From contig OY761535.1 of the NCBI GenBank assembly GCA_963664525.1, forward strand, positions 2,703,314 to 2,767,313: a DNA stretch of 64,000 nucleotides. The letters run 5' to 3'. Shown here piece after piece: positions 1-9,280 of the stretch; the stretch's first letter is position 1, and each line of letters opens with the position of its first letter. The stretch comes from Arenicellales bacterium (GTDB lineage: Bacteria > Pseudomonadota > Gammaproteobacteria > Arenicellales > JAJDZL01). Under the pieces are notes generated by a model that saw only the letters and a program-made list of their open reading frames with translations, did not search any database and had not been told where the DNA came from. The position numbers were made by a program, and so were the translations under genes.

Positions 1-1356
1 CCACTCACTCCTGAAATCGACCGTGCTGACGTCATCGATCTTGACGATTTAAGGAATCCAATTTCCAAATCAATATTGCGAGTTGTGCGACGGCGATTAC
101 GAGAACTCCAGCGAAACAAAAGTTACCGACATCCAACGAGCATAGAAGCCAAATCAATCAGACAGTTTTTACGTCCGGATTTTGAATTGATTGTTGCGAA
201 AGGCGTTACTGTTGGCTATGCCGAATCTACGTTGTTGCGTTTAACCGAAGAGCAATATTCAAGACTTGATGAACTCGAAGCAAATTCCCGGTGTTTATTC
301 GACGGAGCCGCCGGAACTGGCAAAACACTGCTGTCTTTGGAGTACGCTCGTCGGGCTGGCTACTCTGGCAGGAAAGTTCTCTTCGTATGTTTTAATCGAC
401 TGTTAGGTGAATGGTTAAAGAAACAGACAACTGAAATGAACATTGTCACCGGTACATGGCACACTATCGCAAGAAGAATAATATTAACCAGTAGTGTCGC
501 GGATGAGTTCAAGGTGCTGGAGCGTGAGACATTAAAAACTGGCGATACGAATAAGTTGTTCAAAGAAACGTATCCGCTATTTGGAATGGTAGCACTTACG
601 GAGACAAGCAATAATTTGTTTGACGTTCTAGTAATTGATGAGGCACAGGATCTTTGTACCGAAGAAACCCTAGATTTCCTTAATTTGGCAATTCATGGTG
701 GATTGGCTGGCGGCCGCTGGGCAATATTTGGTGACTTTACCCGTCAAGCACTCTATGGTATACCCAAGAATTCCGTTGAAATTTTATCTAAGTATTGTGA
801 GCATTTTGTGAGAGCTAGACTTACATTGAATTGCAGGAATACTCGTAGAATTGCGGAAGAGACTTCAATTCTTTCAGGCTTCGAAAAACCACCATACAGG
901 ATGAATGTTGAGTTGGGACTTCCTGTCGAACATAGATATTGGCGAACACCTTCCGATCTTGTGGAGTCTCTCGAAACTACCCTAATGGGCTTGATTAAAG
1001 AGAAAGTCTCCATTGAGCATATCATGCTAATTTGCTCACGTCGACTAGAGCATTCAAGTTTGGCAGGAGTCAATCGAATACTGAATTATTCAATTATTGA
1101 CTGTTCAAGCGGCATGCCGAACGAAAATTCGAACGGCATCAAGTTTTCGACCATTCATTCATTTAAAGGGTTGGAAAGCCAAGTAGTTATTGTTTTGGAC
1201 ATCGAAGCAGTCGCCGGTGAGTTGGCACAGTCTCTGCTATACGTGGCAATGTCAAGAGCAAGAAGTCTTCTAATTCTTATGATTAACCAACGCATTAAGA
1301 AGGCTGTTGAATCCTGTATTCAGAAGGTAATTCAACAGGAGTTTAAATATGAGTGA
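1..1356 (+). CDS. SF1 (UvrD/RecD-like) P-loop helicase, 5'-truncated by the window edge
   Basis: Frame 1 is open from nt 1, with no stop before the first listed start at 76, so the gene begins upstream of the window. It has Walker A 'DGAAGTGKT', Walker B-like 'VLVIDEAQDL', 'LNCRNTRRI', and the C-terminal 'FSTIHSFKGLESQVVIVLD...LLYVAMSRARSLLIL' typical of SF1 helicases. Its stop overlaps the next ORF start by 8 nt. Confidence 0.75.
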   Translation, partial: PLTPEIDRADVIDLDDLRNPISKSILRVVRRRLRELQRNKSYRHPTSIEAKSIRQFLRPDFELIVAKGVTVGYAESTLLRLTEEQYSRLDELEANSRCLFDGAAGTGKTLLSLEYARRAGYSGRKVLFVCFNRLLGEWLKKQTTEMNIVTGTWHTIARRIILTSSVADEFKVLERETLKTGDTNKLFKETYPLFGMVALTETSNNLFDVLVIDEAQDLCTEETLDFLNLAIHGGLAGGRWAIFGDFTRQALYGIPKNSVEILSKYCEHFVRARLTLNCRNTRRIAEETSILSGFEKPPYRMNVELGLPVEHRYWRTPSDLVESLETTLMGLIKEKVSIEHIMLICSRRLEHSSLAGVNRILNYSIIDCSSGMPNENSNGIKFSTIHSFKGLESQVVIVLDIEAVAGELAQSLLYVAMSRARSLLILMINQRIKKAVESCIQKVIQQEFKYE

Positions 1357-4300
1357 AACCCTTTCTGCCCGGAAGTTTATCGTTGATTTCTTACGAAAGG
1401 AAATTGTAGGCCCCTCTCCAGGATTCCCTGCCATCCAACTTGACGGGCAAGAAATTCTTCGGCCGCAGGACCCACCGAGACAAAGATACAGTGCAGGAAT
1501 TTTGTTCCCAATGAGAGCGCAAGTTACCGGCCAAGAGGAAACAGGTGCCGAAGAAATTGCCAATCTAGAAGCCGAATCGCCAGAACCTGATCGAATCATG
1601 GAAGATACGAATGATACAGATACTTTCGATATGGCTGAGTCTGCCAGTACTGAAAACCCACCTGAAACTGACCGAGAAGTATCACTCGCTAACGAATACC
1701 TCCCTAGTGCAATGGGTCTTTCAGCGCTTTTGGAAATAACAGAATCTATTCAAGTGGATATACAAGTTGGAATTTATCAACATCAAGAACTTCAATCGAT
1801 TCGAAAAAAGCAAACCGGAAGTCATTATTGGAACTCTTACACGAAAGGCTGGTGGCGTGTTCCTGTTACGCACACAATAAAATTATCCGCCGCAGAACTA
1901 TTGGGAAATAGGCTGATATCTTTTGAAAGACCAGTTCATAAAGAGGATGAAAAGACAGTCTTGTCACTACACATTGTTAGTCGACCCTATCAACAATCTC
2001 CTGAGTTTAAACAAACAAGATTGATTACTTTCACCCTAATTAATCGAAGGCGTAGCGAAGGTCATACACCACATAATTCAGAGTGTTTTTTTCAATGTAG
2101 TTTTTCGGTAGTTGCAACTGATGGGAATGCCTGTTTCCGAAGTTACCCCGAAAAGGCAACCCAAAAAACTAACCCGGAGGAGTTGTCTCTACATCTGTTG
2201 TATTTGCACCGCCGAACTTTTGCGGTGGGGCATGGTTGTGCCGCTGACTGGAGGGAATCAGACACCGACCGTACAACACTCATTCGAACGGAGGTCATGC
2301 CGACGTACGAGATCAAGCCAGTCTTACCAACGCAAATTTCAAATCTAGATTTGTGTATGAAGGACTTGTCGTCCGATGACATTGAATCTTCGACGGTATC
2401 TTGTAGACAACTCTGTAAAGAATATGAGGCATGGATTACTGAAAGGGAAATCGAAATTGCACAAAGAATCGACTTGGCGGGCGAACTCAAGAATACTGCA
2501 AAAAAGCACATGGAAAACTGTAAAGAATGCCTTCGACGCATGTATGAAGGTATTGATCTTCTTGAGCAAGACGAAAACGTTACCCAAGCATTTCAGATGA
2601 TGAACGAAGCTATGTACATGCAACAGATCCATTATGAAATATCCTCTCGGAAAACGAGGAAATGGGTTCGCGATTCTGGCAATAAGTTAATACTAGAATG
2701 TCCGTTCGAACGACCCAACTATGAGGACATTGATCGAAAGTGGAGACCGTTTCAACTAGCTTTTATCCTGATGAACCTGAAAGCAGTCTCTGACCCTTAT
2801 TGTTCAGAGAGGAATATTGTTGATGTCATTTGGTTTCCGACGGGAGGTGGGAAAACAGAAGCTTATCTTGGACTTTCAGCATTTTGTATGTTTTTGAGAC
2901 GCCTCCGTAACCCTCGACATGCTGGAACAAGCATTCTTATGCGATACACGCTACGTCTATTGACGACACAACAATACCAGAGAGCAGCATCTTTAGTTTG
3001 TGCATGTGAAATAATTCGGCGTCGGGAGCAGAAACTATTGGGTAGCGATAGATTTTCGATCGGACTGTGGGTCGGTTCACAGGTAACTCCGAATTCCGAA
3101 GCTGATGCGGTAAATTCACTACGCGCAATGGCATCCAATCAAGGTGTTAACAAATTCATTCTACTCAGTTGCCCATGGTGTGGTGCGGCGATGGGACCGC
3201 AACAATTTGGAAAATTCACTAGGTGTAAGGGGTATAGACAACTGGCAAATCCGCGACGAGTCAGACATATTTGTGAAGACCCCGATTGTGACTTCAATTC
3301 CATTGGTAAAGGACTTCCGGTCGCAGTAATCGACGAACATATTTATGACTCCCCCCCTACACTACTTATCGGAACGGTCGACAAATTTGCCATGTTGACG
3401 TTCAGGCCAGAGGCACGCAGGTTATTTGGAATCGATACTCCCTACCCTCCACCTGAGTTAATCATTCAAGACGAATTGCACCTAATTTCTGGTCCGCTCG
3501 GCTCGATGGTTGGACACTATGAGACTGTTGTAAATGCATTGTGCGCGCGCGAATCCGGAGAAAATAAAATTCATGCAAAAATCATTGCTTCTACCGCAAC
3601 TGTATCTCGAGCGGACAGCCAGATAAAATGCCTATATGGTCGAGAAGCGTTTCTATTTCCGCCACAGGCACTCAAGGCTGGAGACTCATTCTTTGCGGAG
3701 GAAAGGGAAGATGAGGAAGGAAGACTCTATGTAGGAATTTTTGCGACGGCACTTCCGTCCCACGTAACAGCGCAAGTAAGAACGATGGGCGCATTATTAC
3801 AAGCACCGAAATGTTTTAGAACCAAGAATCCTGACACGATTGATCCCTATTGGACGATGATGGGTTATTTCAATAGTCTTCGAGAATTGGGGCACGCTGC
3901 TACATTAATCCGAGCAGATATTCGAGAATTCTTGAATGCTATGTGGGGCCGTCTCGGACTAAGATTCATCAAAGGAACAACAAGCGATGGCGACCTTCGC
4001 AGATTTTTGAAACCGAGTATAGAACTCACTAGTCGCGTGCAGAGCAATGACATTCCAGCAATTCTCCAGAGGTTATTTGCAACCTATGACAGTTCAAAGA
4101 ATACGGACGTTGTGGATGTCTGTTTTGCAACGAATATGATTCAGGTAGGGCTTGATGTTCCGAGATTAAGTTTGATGACAATAATTGGTCAACCAAAAAG
4201 TACATCCGAGTACATACAAGCGTCGAGCCGAGTTGGACGTGACCTCTCTCGTCCTGGCATTGTGGTTACAATTTACAACCCATTCAAGGCTAGGGACAGA

Positions 4301-4801
4301 TCGCACTATGAGCATTTTCGATCCTACCACCAAAGCATTTATCGACACGTAGAGCCAACTAGTGTCACCGCATTTGCCACACCAGTAAGGGAACGAGCAC
4401 TTCATGCACTCATCGTTATTTTGTGTCGATTTTGGGGCGGTGATCAACTCCTGAGGAATCCTAGTCCACCACCAAGCCCCAAATTAGTGGAGAGAATAAA
4501 GAAAATTATCCGAGAGAGAATTATGATTGTCGACCCAGAGGAATGGCTCAGTACAGAAGCATCAATTGATGAAATTATCCAACGATGGTCGACTACTCAA
4601 CCGTTTCGATACGGTGACTTCGGGCAACCTCTACCAGAATTACCTCTGTTGTATCCGGCAGGAGGACAAAAACATCCAAATTGGCAAAATTGGCCGTATG
4701 CAACACCTAGTTCAATGCGGAATGTGGATGCTGACTGCTCAGCACATCTTCTGTTCAACGGCTATAGTTCATCTTCACTTAACGAAGAAGAGTGGAATTA
4801 G
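1349..4801 (+). CDS. drmA: DrmA-like SF2 (DEAD/DEAH-type) helicase, 1150 aa
   Basis: Helicase motifs: I 'FPTGGGKTEAYLG', II 'IIQDELHLISGP', III 'IASTAT', VI 'QASSRVGR'. A Cys4 cluster 'CPWCG...CEDPDCDF' is inserted in the core. The ~480-aa N-terminal region has no motif I recognise. A DUF1998-type ORF follows after 4 nt, which is the DrmA/DrmB arrangement of DISARM. Confidence 0.65.
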   Translation: MSETLSARKFIVDFLRKEIVGPSPGFPAIQLDGQEILRPQDPPRQRYSAGILFPMRAQVTGQEETGAEEIANLEAESPEPDRIMEDTNDTDTFDMAESASTENPPETDREVSLANEYLPSAMGLSALLEITESIQVDIQVGIYQHQELQSIRKKQTGSHYWNSYTKGWWRVPVTHTIKLSAAELLGNRLISFERPVHKEDEKTVLSLHIVSRPYQQSPEFKQTRLITFTLINRRRSEGHTPHNSECFFQCSFSVVATDGNACFRSYPEKATQKTNPEELSLHLLYLHRRTFAVGHGCAADWRESDTDRTTLIRTEVMPTYEIKPVLPTQISNLDLCMKDLSSDDIESSTVSCRQLCKEYEAWITEREIEIAQRIDLAGELKNTAKKHMENCKECLRRMYEGIDLLEQDENVTQAFQMMNEAMYMQQIHYEISSRKTRKWVRDSGNKLILECPFERPNYEDIDRKWRPFQLAFILMNLKAVSDPYCSERNIVDVIWFPTGGGKTEAYLGLSAFCMFLRRLRNPRHAGTSILMRYTLRLLTTQQYQRAASLVCACEIIRRREQKLLGSDRFSIGLWVGSQVTPNSEADAVNSLRAMASNQGVNKFILLSCPWCGAAMGPQQFGKFTRCKGYRQLANPRRVRHICEDPDCDFNSIGKGLPVAVIDEHIYDSPPTLLIGTVDKFAMLTFRPEARRLFGIDTPYPPPELIIQDELHLISGPLGSMVGHYETVVNALCARESGENKIHAKIIASTATVSRADSQIKCLYGREAFLFPPQALKAGDSFFAEEREDEEGRLYVGIFATALPSHVTAQVRTMGALLQAPKCFRTKNPDTIDPYWTMMGYFNSLRELGHAATLIRADIREFLNAMWGRLGLRFIKGTTSDGDLRRFLKPSIELTSRVQSNDIPAILQRLFATYDSSKNTDVVDVCFATNMIQVGLDVPRLSLMTIIGQPKSTSEYIQASSRVGRDLSRPGIVVTIYNPFKARDRSHYEHFRSYHQSIYRHVEPTSVTAFATPVRERALHALIVILCRFWGGDQLLRNPSPPPSPKLVERIKKIIRERIMIVDPEEWLSTEASIDEIIQRWSTTQPFRYGDFGQPLPELPLLYPAGGQKHPNWQNWPYATPSSMRNVDADCSAHLLFNGYSSSSLNEEEWN

Positions 4802-4805
4802 CGAC

Positions 4806-6662
4806 ATGCCGAATTATCGACCAATTCGAAGAGGTCAATTGATCATACCGTTCGGAGTTGGAGCTTTGGTGGACTTCAGAAACGACGAATCACTCATGAC
4901 TGCTGGACTAGATGAATGGCCGTTTGCTAATGAAGAATGTCCAAAAGATTGGCACGTGAGCGAAGAACGGCTTCAATCACGACTGGATGTTTCCCATTTC
5001 AGGCTTCCTCCAGATTATCGAAATCCTGGACCAAACATAAACTATCCAAATCAACGCATCCCATTTGTTCGTTTCCCGAGATGGCACTACTGTCCAATGA
5101 GAGGGGCGATGGAAAAACTGTCGCTGTTCGGTGACCAACCAAAATGTCCCTGCCGTCCCGGTCTCGATTGTGAAAAATTACCCCAATCGAAGCGTCCAAA
5201 ATTGATTCCCAGTAGATTCGTTTCAATCTGCCCAAAAGGGCACATTGAAGACTTTCCATTTATGGAATGGGTTCACAAGAATGACAATTGGGATTCGACA
5301 CACAAGTTGCGCCTTCTGCCAGGCCGTTCTTCTGCCAGTCTGTCGGGAATCGAGATTCGATGCAACTGTGGTAAAGTCGAAAATTTGGCCGGTATATTCA
5401 ATTTTGATGCAACAGGTGGCTCACTTCACAGGATCGGATATGACTGTTCTGGAGGAAAACCTTGGGTTGGAGACGAAGGTAACAAAGGCTCTTGTGGAGA
5501 ACATCTTCGAGTAGTGCAAAGGGGATCATCCAACGTTTACTTCCCCCTTACGGTGTCATCGATTTATCTTCCTCTCTGGGGTGAAGATATATCTCGTACG
5601 ATAAATCAGATTCTCGATGACAAGCAGGTTTGGGAGGTTTTGACCTCTGGTTTGGACGATGGTAAATACATACAAATGTTCCGTTGTGAAATGATTGCGC
5701 AACTATATGGAGTTGATGCAGACGAACTAAGTAAAGCTGCTCAGAAAAAACTAGATGGGAGTTCAAATCTCAGGCACTCGAAGTATCGAACTGAAGAAGA
5801 GTTTCGACGACAGGAGTTTGAAGCACTCAGATTGGGTAGGGGTAGCGAATCAACAGACTTAATGGTTGAAGTGAGAAATGCAGACAAATATGGACCGGAA
5901 TTGGGAAAATTTTTAAACAAAATTTGTCTAGTAAAGAAACTTCGTGAAACACGGGTATTGGTTGGATTCTCGAGACTACTACCGGTAGAAGATTCAGAAT
6001 CTCAGCACCTGCTTCCCATCTCAGACAACATCAATTTAAATTGGTTGCCAGCATCCGTTGTTTATGGTGAAGGAATATTTTTTGAGTTCAACGGTGCAAT
6101 GATTTGTGATTGGTTGGAAAACGAAGAGGTAAGGGAACGAGTAATTAGTATGAAACGGAGTTATAACCAGAGTCGAATAGAACGAGGAATGGGTGAAGTC
6201 GAATTTGCCACAAAGTACATTCTTCTACATTCTTTCGCACATGCTTTGATCGGACAATTGAGTGTAGATTGTGGTTATGGCAGCGCAGCATTAAGAGAAC
6301 GAATTTACTGCGAACCGAACGACTCGGCTGAACCTATGCAAGGTGTGTTGATTTATACCGCATCAGGCGACTCCGAAGGCACTTTAGGCGGATTGGTCCG
6401 ACAAGGAGAACCTGAAAACATGATCTCCGCGTTCGAAAGAGCGCTTCATCGCGCACAATGGTGTTCCAGCGACCCTGTATGTATCGAAAGCGTGGGGCAG
6501 GGTAGCGACAATGCTAACTTGGCAGCTTGCCATGGTTGTTTACTGTTGCCAGAAACATCTTGTGAAACCGGGAATAGACTCTTGGACCGAGGTATGCTAT
6601 TAGGAACGCCACAAGATCCTAGCATAGGTTTCTTTTCGTATCTAGAAAAAACAAATGATTAA
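4806..6662 (+). CDS. drmB: DrmB-like DUF1998 (MrfA-type Zn-binding domain) protein
   Basis: The likely start is ATG 4806 (MPNYRPIRRGQ...), 4 nt after the drmA-like stop. The track ORF from 4527 is an upstream extension overlapping drmA. The C-terminal 'WCSSDPVC...ACHGCLLLPETSCETGNRLLDR' is the Cys-rich DUF1998 signature. Further Cys/His clusters occur mid-protein ('HYCPMRG..KCPCRPGLDCEK', 'ICPKGH', 'IRCNCG'). Confidence 0.65.
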   Translation: MPNYRPIRRGQLIIPFGVGALVDFRNDESLMTAGLDEWPFANEECPKDWHVSEERLQSRLDVSHFRLPPDYRNPGPNINYPNQRIPFVRFPRWHYCPMRGAMEKLSLFGDQPKCPCRPGLDCEKLPQSKRPKLIPSRFVSICPKGHIEDFPFMEWVHKNDNWDSTHKLRLLPGRSSASLSGIEIRCNCGKVENLAGIFNFDATGGSLHRIGYDCSGGKPWVGDEGNKGSCGEHLRVVQRGSSNVYFPLTVSSIYLPLWGEDISRTINQILDDKQVWEVLTSGLDDGKYIQMFRCEMIAQLYGVDADELSKAAQKKLDGSSNLRHSKYRTEEEFRRQEFEALRLGRGSESTDLMVEVRNADKYGPELGKFLNKICLVKKLRETRVLVGFSRLLPVEDSESQHLLPISDNINLNWLPASVVYGEGIFFEFNGAMICDWLENEEVRERVISMKRSYNQSRIERGMGEVEFATKYILLHSFAHALIGQLSVDCGYGSAALRERIYCEPNDSAEPMQGVLIYTASGDSEGTLGGLVRQGEPENMISAFERALHRAQWCSSDPVCIESVGQGSDNANLAACHGCLLLPETSCETGNRLLDRGMLLGTPQDPSIGFFSYLEKTND

Positions 6663-6961
6663 CTCTGCCTCGATTTAGCCTTAACTGCATTCGTTGTGTC
6701 CGAAGCCTGCTAACAGTACCTGAATTGAACATTTGATAGTGAGAATCATAAAATATTTTTGAATCGAGATTGATCTCCTAAAGATCATTTTGCCTACCAA
6801 CAAAAGGTAAGCTAACTTTCGTTCAAGTTCAAAATTTCCATTGAAAGCTAAGGGAAGTTACGCCACTTGATGAATTTGTTCAAAATATAATTAGGTGTGT
6901 TAAAAAATCTTGCGAATACTCGTTTCAGACACATCGAAATTGAAGTAAAAGGGACATAACT

Positions 6962-8029
6962 TTGAAATCATTTCGTTTTATTGATCTTTTTGCAGGGATC
7001 GGTGGTTTCAGAAAGGGATTTGAGACTGTTGGTGGACAGTGTGTATTCACTTCCGAATGGGACAAATTCTCGATAGATACTTATAGATCGAACAATGATT
7101 GCGACGACCATGTCGTCGTGGGTGATATTCAGTCTGTACATGCGGATGAAATCCCCGAACACGATGTGTTACTCGCAGGATTTCCTTGCCAGCCATTTTC
7201 ACTTGCTGGTGTATCGAAAAAAAACGCATTGAACCAGTATCACGGATTCAATTGCGCCACCCAAGGCACATTATTTTTCGATATTGCGCGTATTCTTGAT
7301 GTTCAAAGGCCGAAAGCTTTTCTGTTAGAAAACGTCAAGAATCTAGTCAGTCACAATCAGGGCAAAACATTTGACGTGATTCGTCGTACGTTGGAAATCG
7401 AGTTGGACTACAAGATAAATTTCCGCATAATTGATGCAAAAGGATTCGTACCTCAACACCGGGAGCGTATCTTTATTGTCGGTTTCAGAGATTCAAATGG
7501 CTTCACATTTGATGACTTTGAAATACCTCACGACTCCCCGCAACTAAAATCAATTTTACACCCGGAAAACGGTACTGAGGAAGCGGAAGAACCATTTACA
7601 TATGGGTGGTCGGCAAGAGTTGCAGACAAATACACGCTTTCTGACCGCCTCTGGCAATATTTACGAGACTATGCGAAAAAACATCGAGCAAAAGGTAATG
7701 GCTTTGGATATGGCCTAGTTGGAAAATACGATGTTTCACGCACGCTATCAGCCCGTTATTTCAAGGACGGTTCGGAAATACTGATAAAACAGAAAGGTAA
7801 AAAAAATCCCAGAAGATTGACTCCTCGCGAATGCGCTCGATTGATGGGGTTTGACAGTTCAGTAGAGCGCAAATTCACAATCCCTGTTTCAGATGCACAA
7901 GCATACAAACAATTCGGGAACGCGGTAGTTGTACCAGTTGTCGAAGCTGTGGCTCGGCACATGCGCCCTTGGATAATTGATGAAAATACCGATTATCGGC
8001 CGAGCAGTATCACTAATCACCGTGTCTGA
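6962..8029 (+). CDS. dcm: DNA (cytosine-5)-methyltransferase
   Basis: All the C5-MTase motifs are present: I 'FAGIGGF', IV 'GFPCQPFS', VI 'ENVKNL', VIII '[10 protein letters not shown]', IX '[14 protein letters not shown]', X 'QFGNAVVVP'. TTG start at 6962, preceded by AAGGGA. Confidence 0.9.
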   Translation: MKSFRFIDLFAGIGGFRKGFETVGGQCVFTSEWDKFSIDTYRSNNDCDDHVVVGDIQSVHADEIPEHDVLLAGFPCQPFSLAGVSKKNALNQYHGFNCATQGTLFFDIARILDVQRPKAFLLENVKNLVSHNQGKTFDVIRRTLEIELDYKINFRIIDAKGFVPQHRERIFIVGFRDSNGFTFDDFEIPHDSPQLKSILHPENGTEEAEEPFTYGWSARVADKYTLSDRLWQYLRDYAKKHRAKGNGFGYGLVGKYDVSRTLSARYFKDGSEILIKQKGKKNPRRLTPRECARLMGFDSSVERKFTIPVSDAQAYKQFGNAVVVPVVEAVARHMRPWIIDENTDYRPSSITNHRV

Positions 8030-8477
8030 CATAGTCGATGCTCAAACTCGTAGCCGGATGATGTCCGGCATTCGAAGCAAAAATACCAAGCCTGAATTGA
8101 TAATTCGGCAAGGGCTACACAGACTGGGATTTCGCTTCAGATTGCATTCAACCCAATTGCCGGGGAAACCTGATTTGATTCTTCCGCGTTATCGGGTCGC
8201 AATTTTTGTCAACGGTTGCTTTTGGCATGGCCATGGTTGCCACCTATTCAGATACCCTTCAACGCGCAAAGACTTTTGGCAAACTAAGATTCAACAGAAC
8301 GCGAAACGCGATCAGGAAGTTTCAACTAATTTGCTTAAAGCAGGCTGGAGGCAACTTGTAGTCTGGGAATGTGCCCTCAGGGGAAGAAAAAAACTTAACT
8401 TGGATGAATTATTGAAACATGCTGAAATATGGATCAAGGGAAGCGACAAATTTTTGGAGATCGCAGGTTCGGAATGA
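7980..8477 (+). CDS. vsr: Very-short-patch repair endonuclease (T:G mismatch)
   Basis: Close to E. coli Vsr over its whole length ('[17 protein letters not shown]', '[10 protein letters not shown]', '[13 protein letters not shown]', '[12 protein letters not shown]'). The start is either ATG 7980 or GTG 8022. Both overlap the dcm 3' end (stop 8027-8029), as in the E. coli dcm-vsr pair. Confidence 0.9.
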   Translation: MKIPIIGRAVSLITVSDIVDAQTRSRMMSGIRSKNTKPELIIRQGLHRLGFRFRLHSTQLPGKPDLILPRYRVAIFVNGCFWHGHGCHLFRYPSTRKDFWQTKIQQNAKRDQEVSTNLLKAGWRQLVVWECALRGRKKLNLDELLKHAEIWIKGSDKFLEIAGSE

Positions 8478-8512
8478 AGAGTTGGGTTGTTAGCAATGAT
8501 GTTCGGTGACAT

Positions 8513-8953
8513 ATGAGTGGTACAGTTCTCGATGACATTACAAGCGAATTCGTAGACGCGCAACATATTCAACGACGCGTTGATGACTGGGAGGAACGAG
8601 TAAAAAACCTCTATGTAAAGATCAGCGATTGGTTGCTAGATGGATGGGAAGCGCGCCAAGGGACACCTGTTATTATGCATGAGCCGTTAATGCGCAACTT
8701 CGAAATTGAAGCCAGGCAAATTCCAACGCTTAATCTCTTTAACCAGTCGGGTGATTCGGTTAAATTTGTACCTCGTGGACTGTGGATCATCGGTAACAAT
8801 GGACGTATCGATTTGAAACACAATGGCCAACACTACCTCATTGTTGATTTCGCTGAAAACTTTGAGCAACCGAACTGGCAGGCAATCAATGCTGAGAATA
8901 GATCTGAGCGTGAAGAAGTAACGCAAGAATGGCTGACACGCATTATTCAGTAA
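8513..8953 (+). CDS. Hypothetical protein (146 aa), no recognisable domain
   Basis: ATG-initiated ORF co-directional with dcm-vsr, 35 nt downstream of vsr. It is the last ORF before the compositional shift. No motif recognised. Confidence 0.45.
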   Translation: MSGTVLDDITSEFVDAQHIQRRVDDWEERVKNLYVKISDWLLDGWEARQGTPVIMHEPLMRNFEIEARQIPTLNLFNQSGDSVKFVPRGLWIIGNNGRIDLKHNGQHYLIVDFAENFEQPNWQAINAENRSEREEVTQEWLTRIIQ

Positions 8954-9280
8954 GTCAACAATTTCTAACTTGTACCCAGAATATATGACCCAATAACACT
9001 CGTAGGATTCTCCTTTAGCCGCAAAGTTGGTATGGCGATGGATTGACCGGCACTGGAGACTGAAGGCATTCAACATTCAAATCTGTCAATTTCCATGATC
9101 ATTACCCTGTCCAGTGAGACAATCTGCAACGCAGATCTACGACATTAAGGCTCAAACGAAAATGCTTCATTGTTGCACCCAAACGTATCTGGCAAGTTAA
9201 AATGATACCCTCTGAAATCTGATGATCCTGCGCCTGTCCACCGCAGCGCAGCGATTCACCGCAATGACACCATTTTGATT

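Noticed and set aside
4527-4805. The track ORF 4527..6662 starts 275 nt inside the DrmA-like gene, suggesting a 711-aa protein
   Set aside because: The N-terminal 93 aa overlap drmA in another frame and look like random sequence. An ATG at 4806, 4 nt after the drmA stop, gives a sensible start (MPNYRPIRRGQ...). It was treated as an ORF-caller extension.
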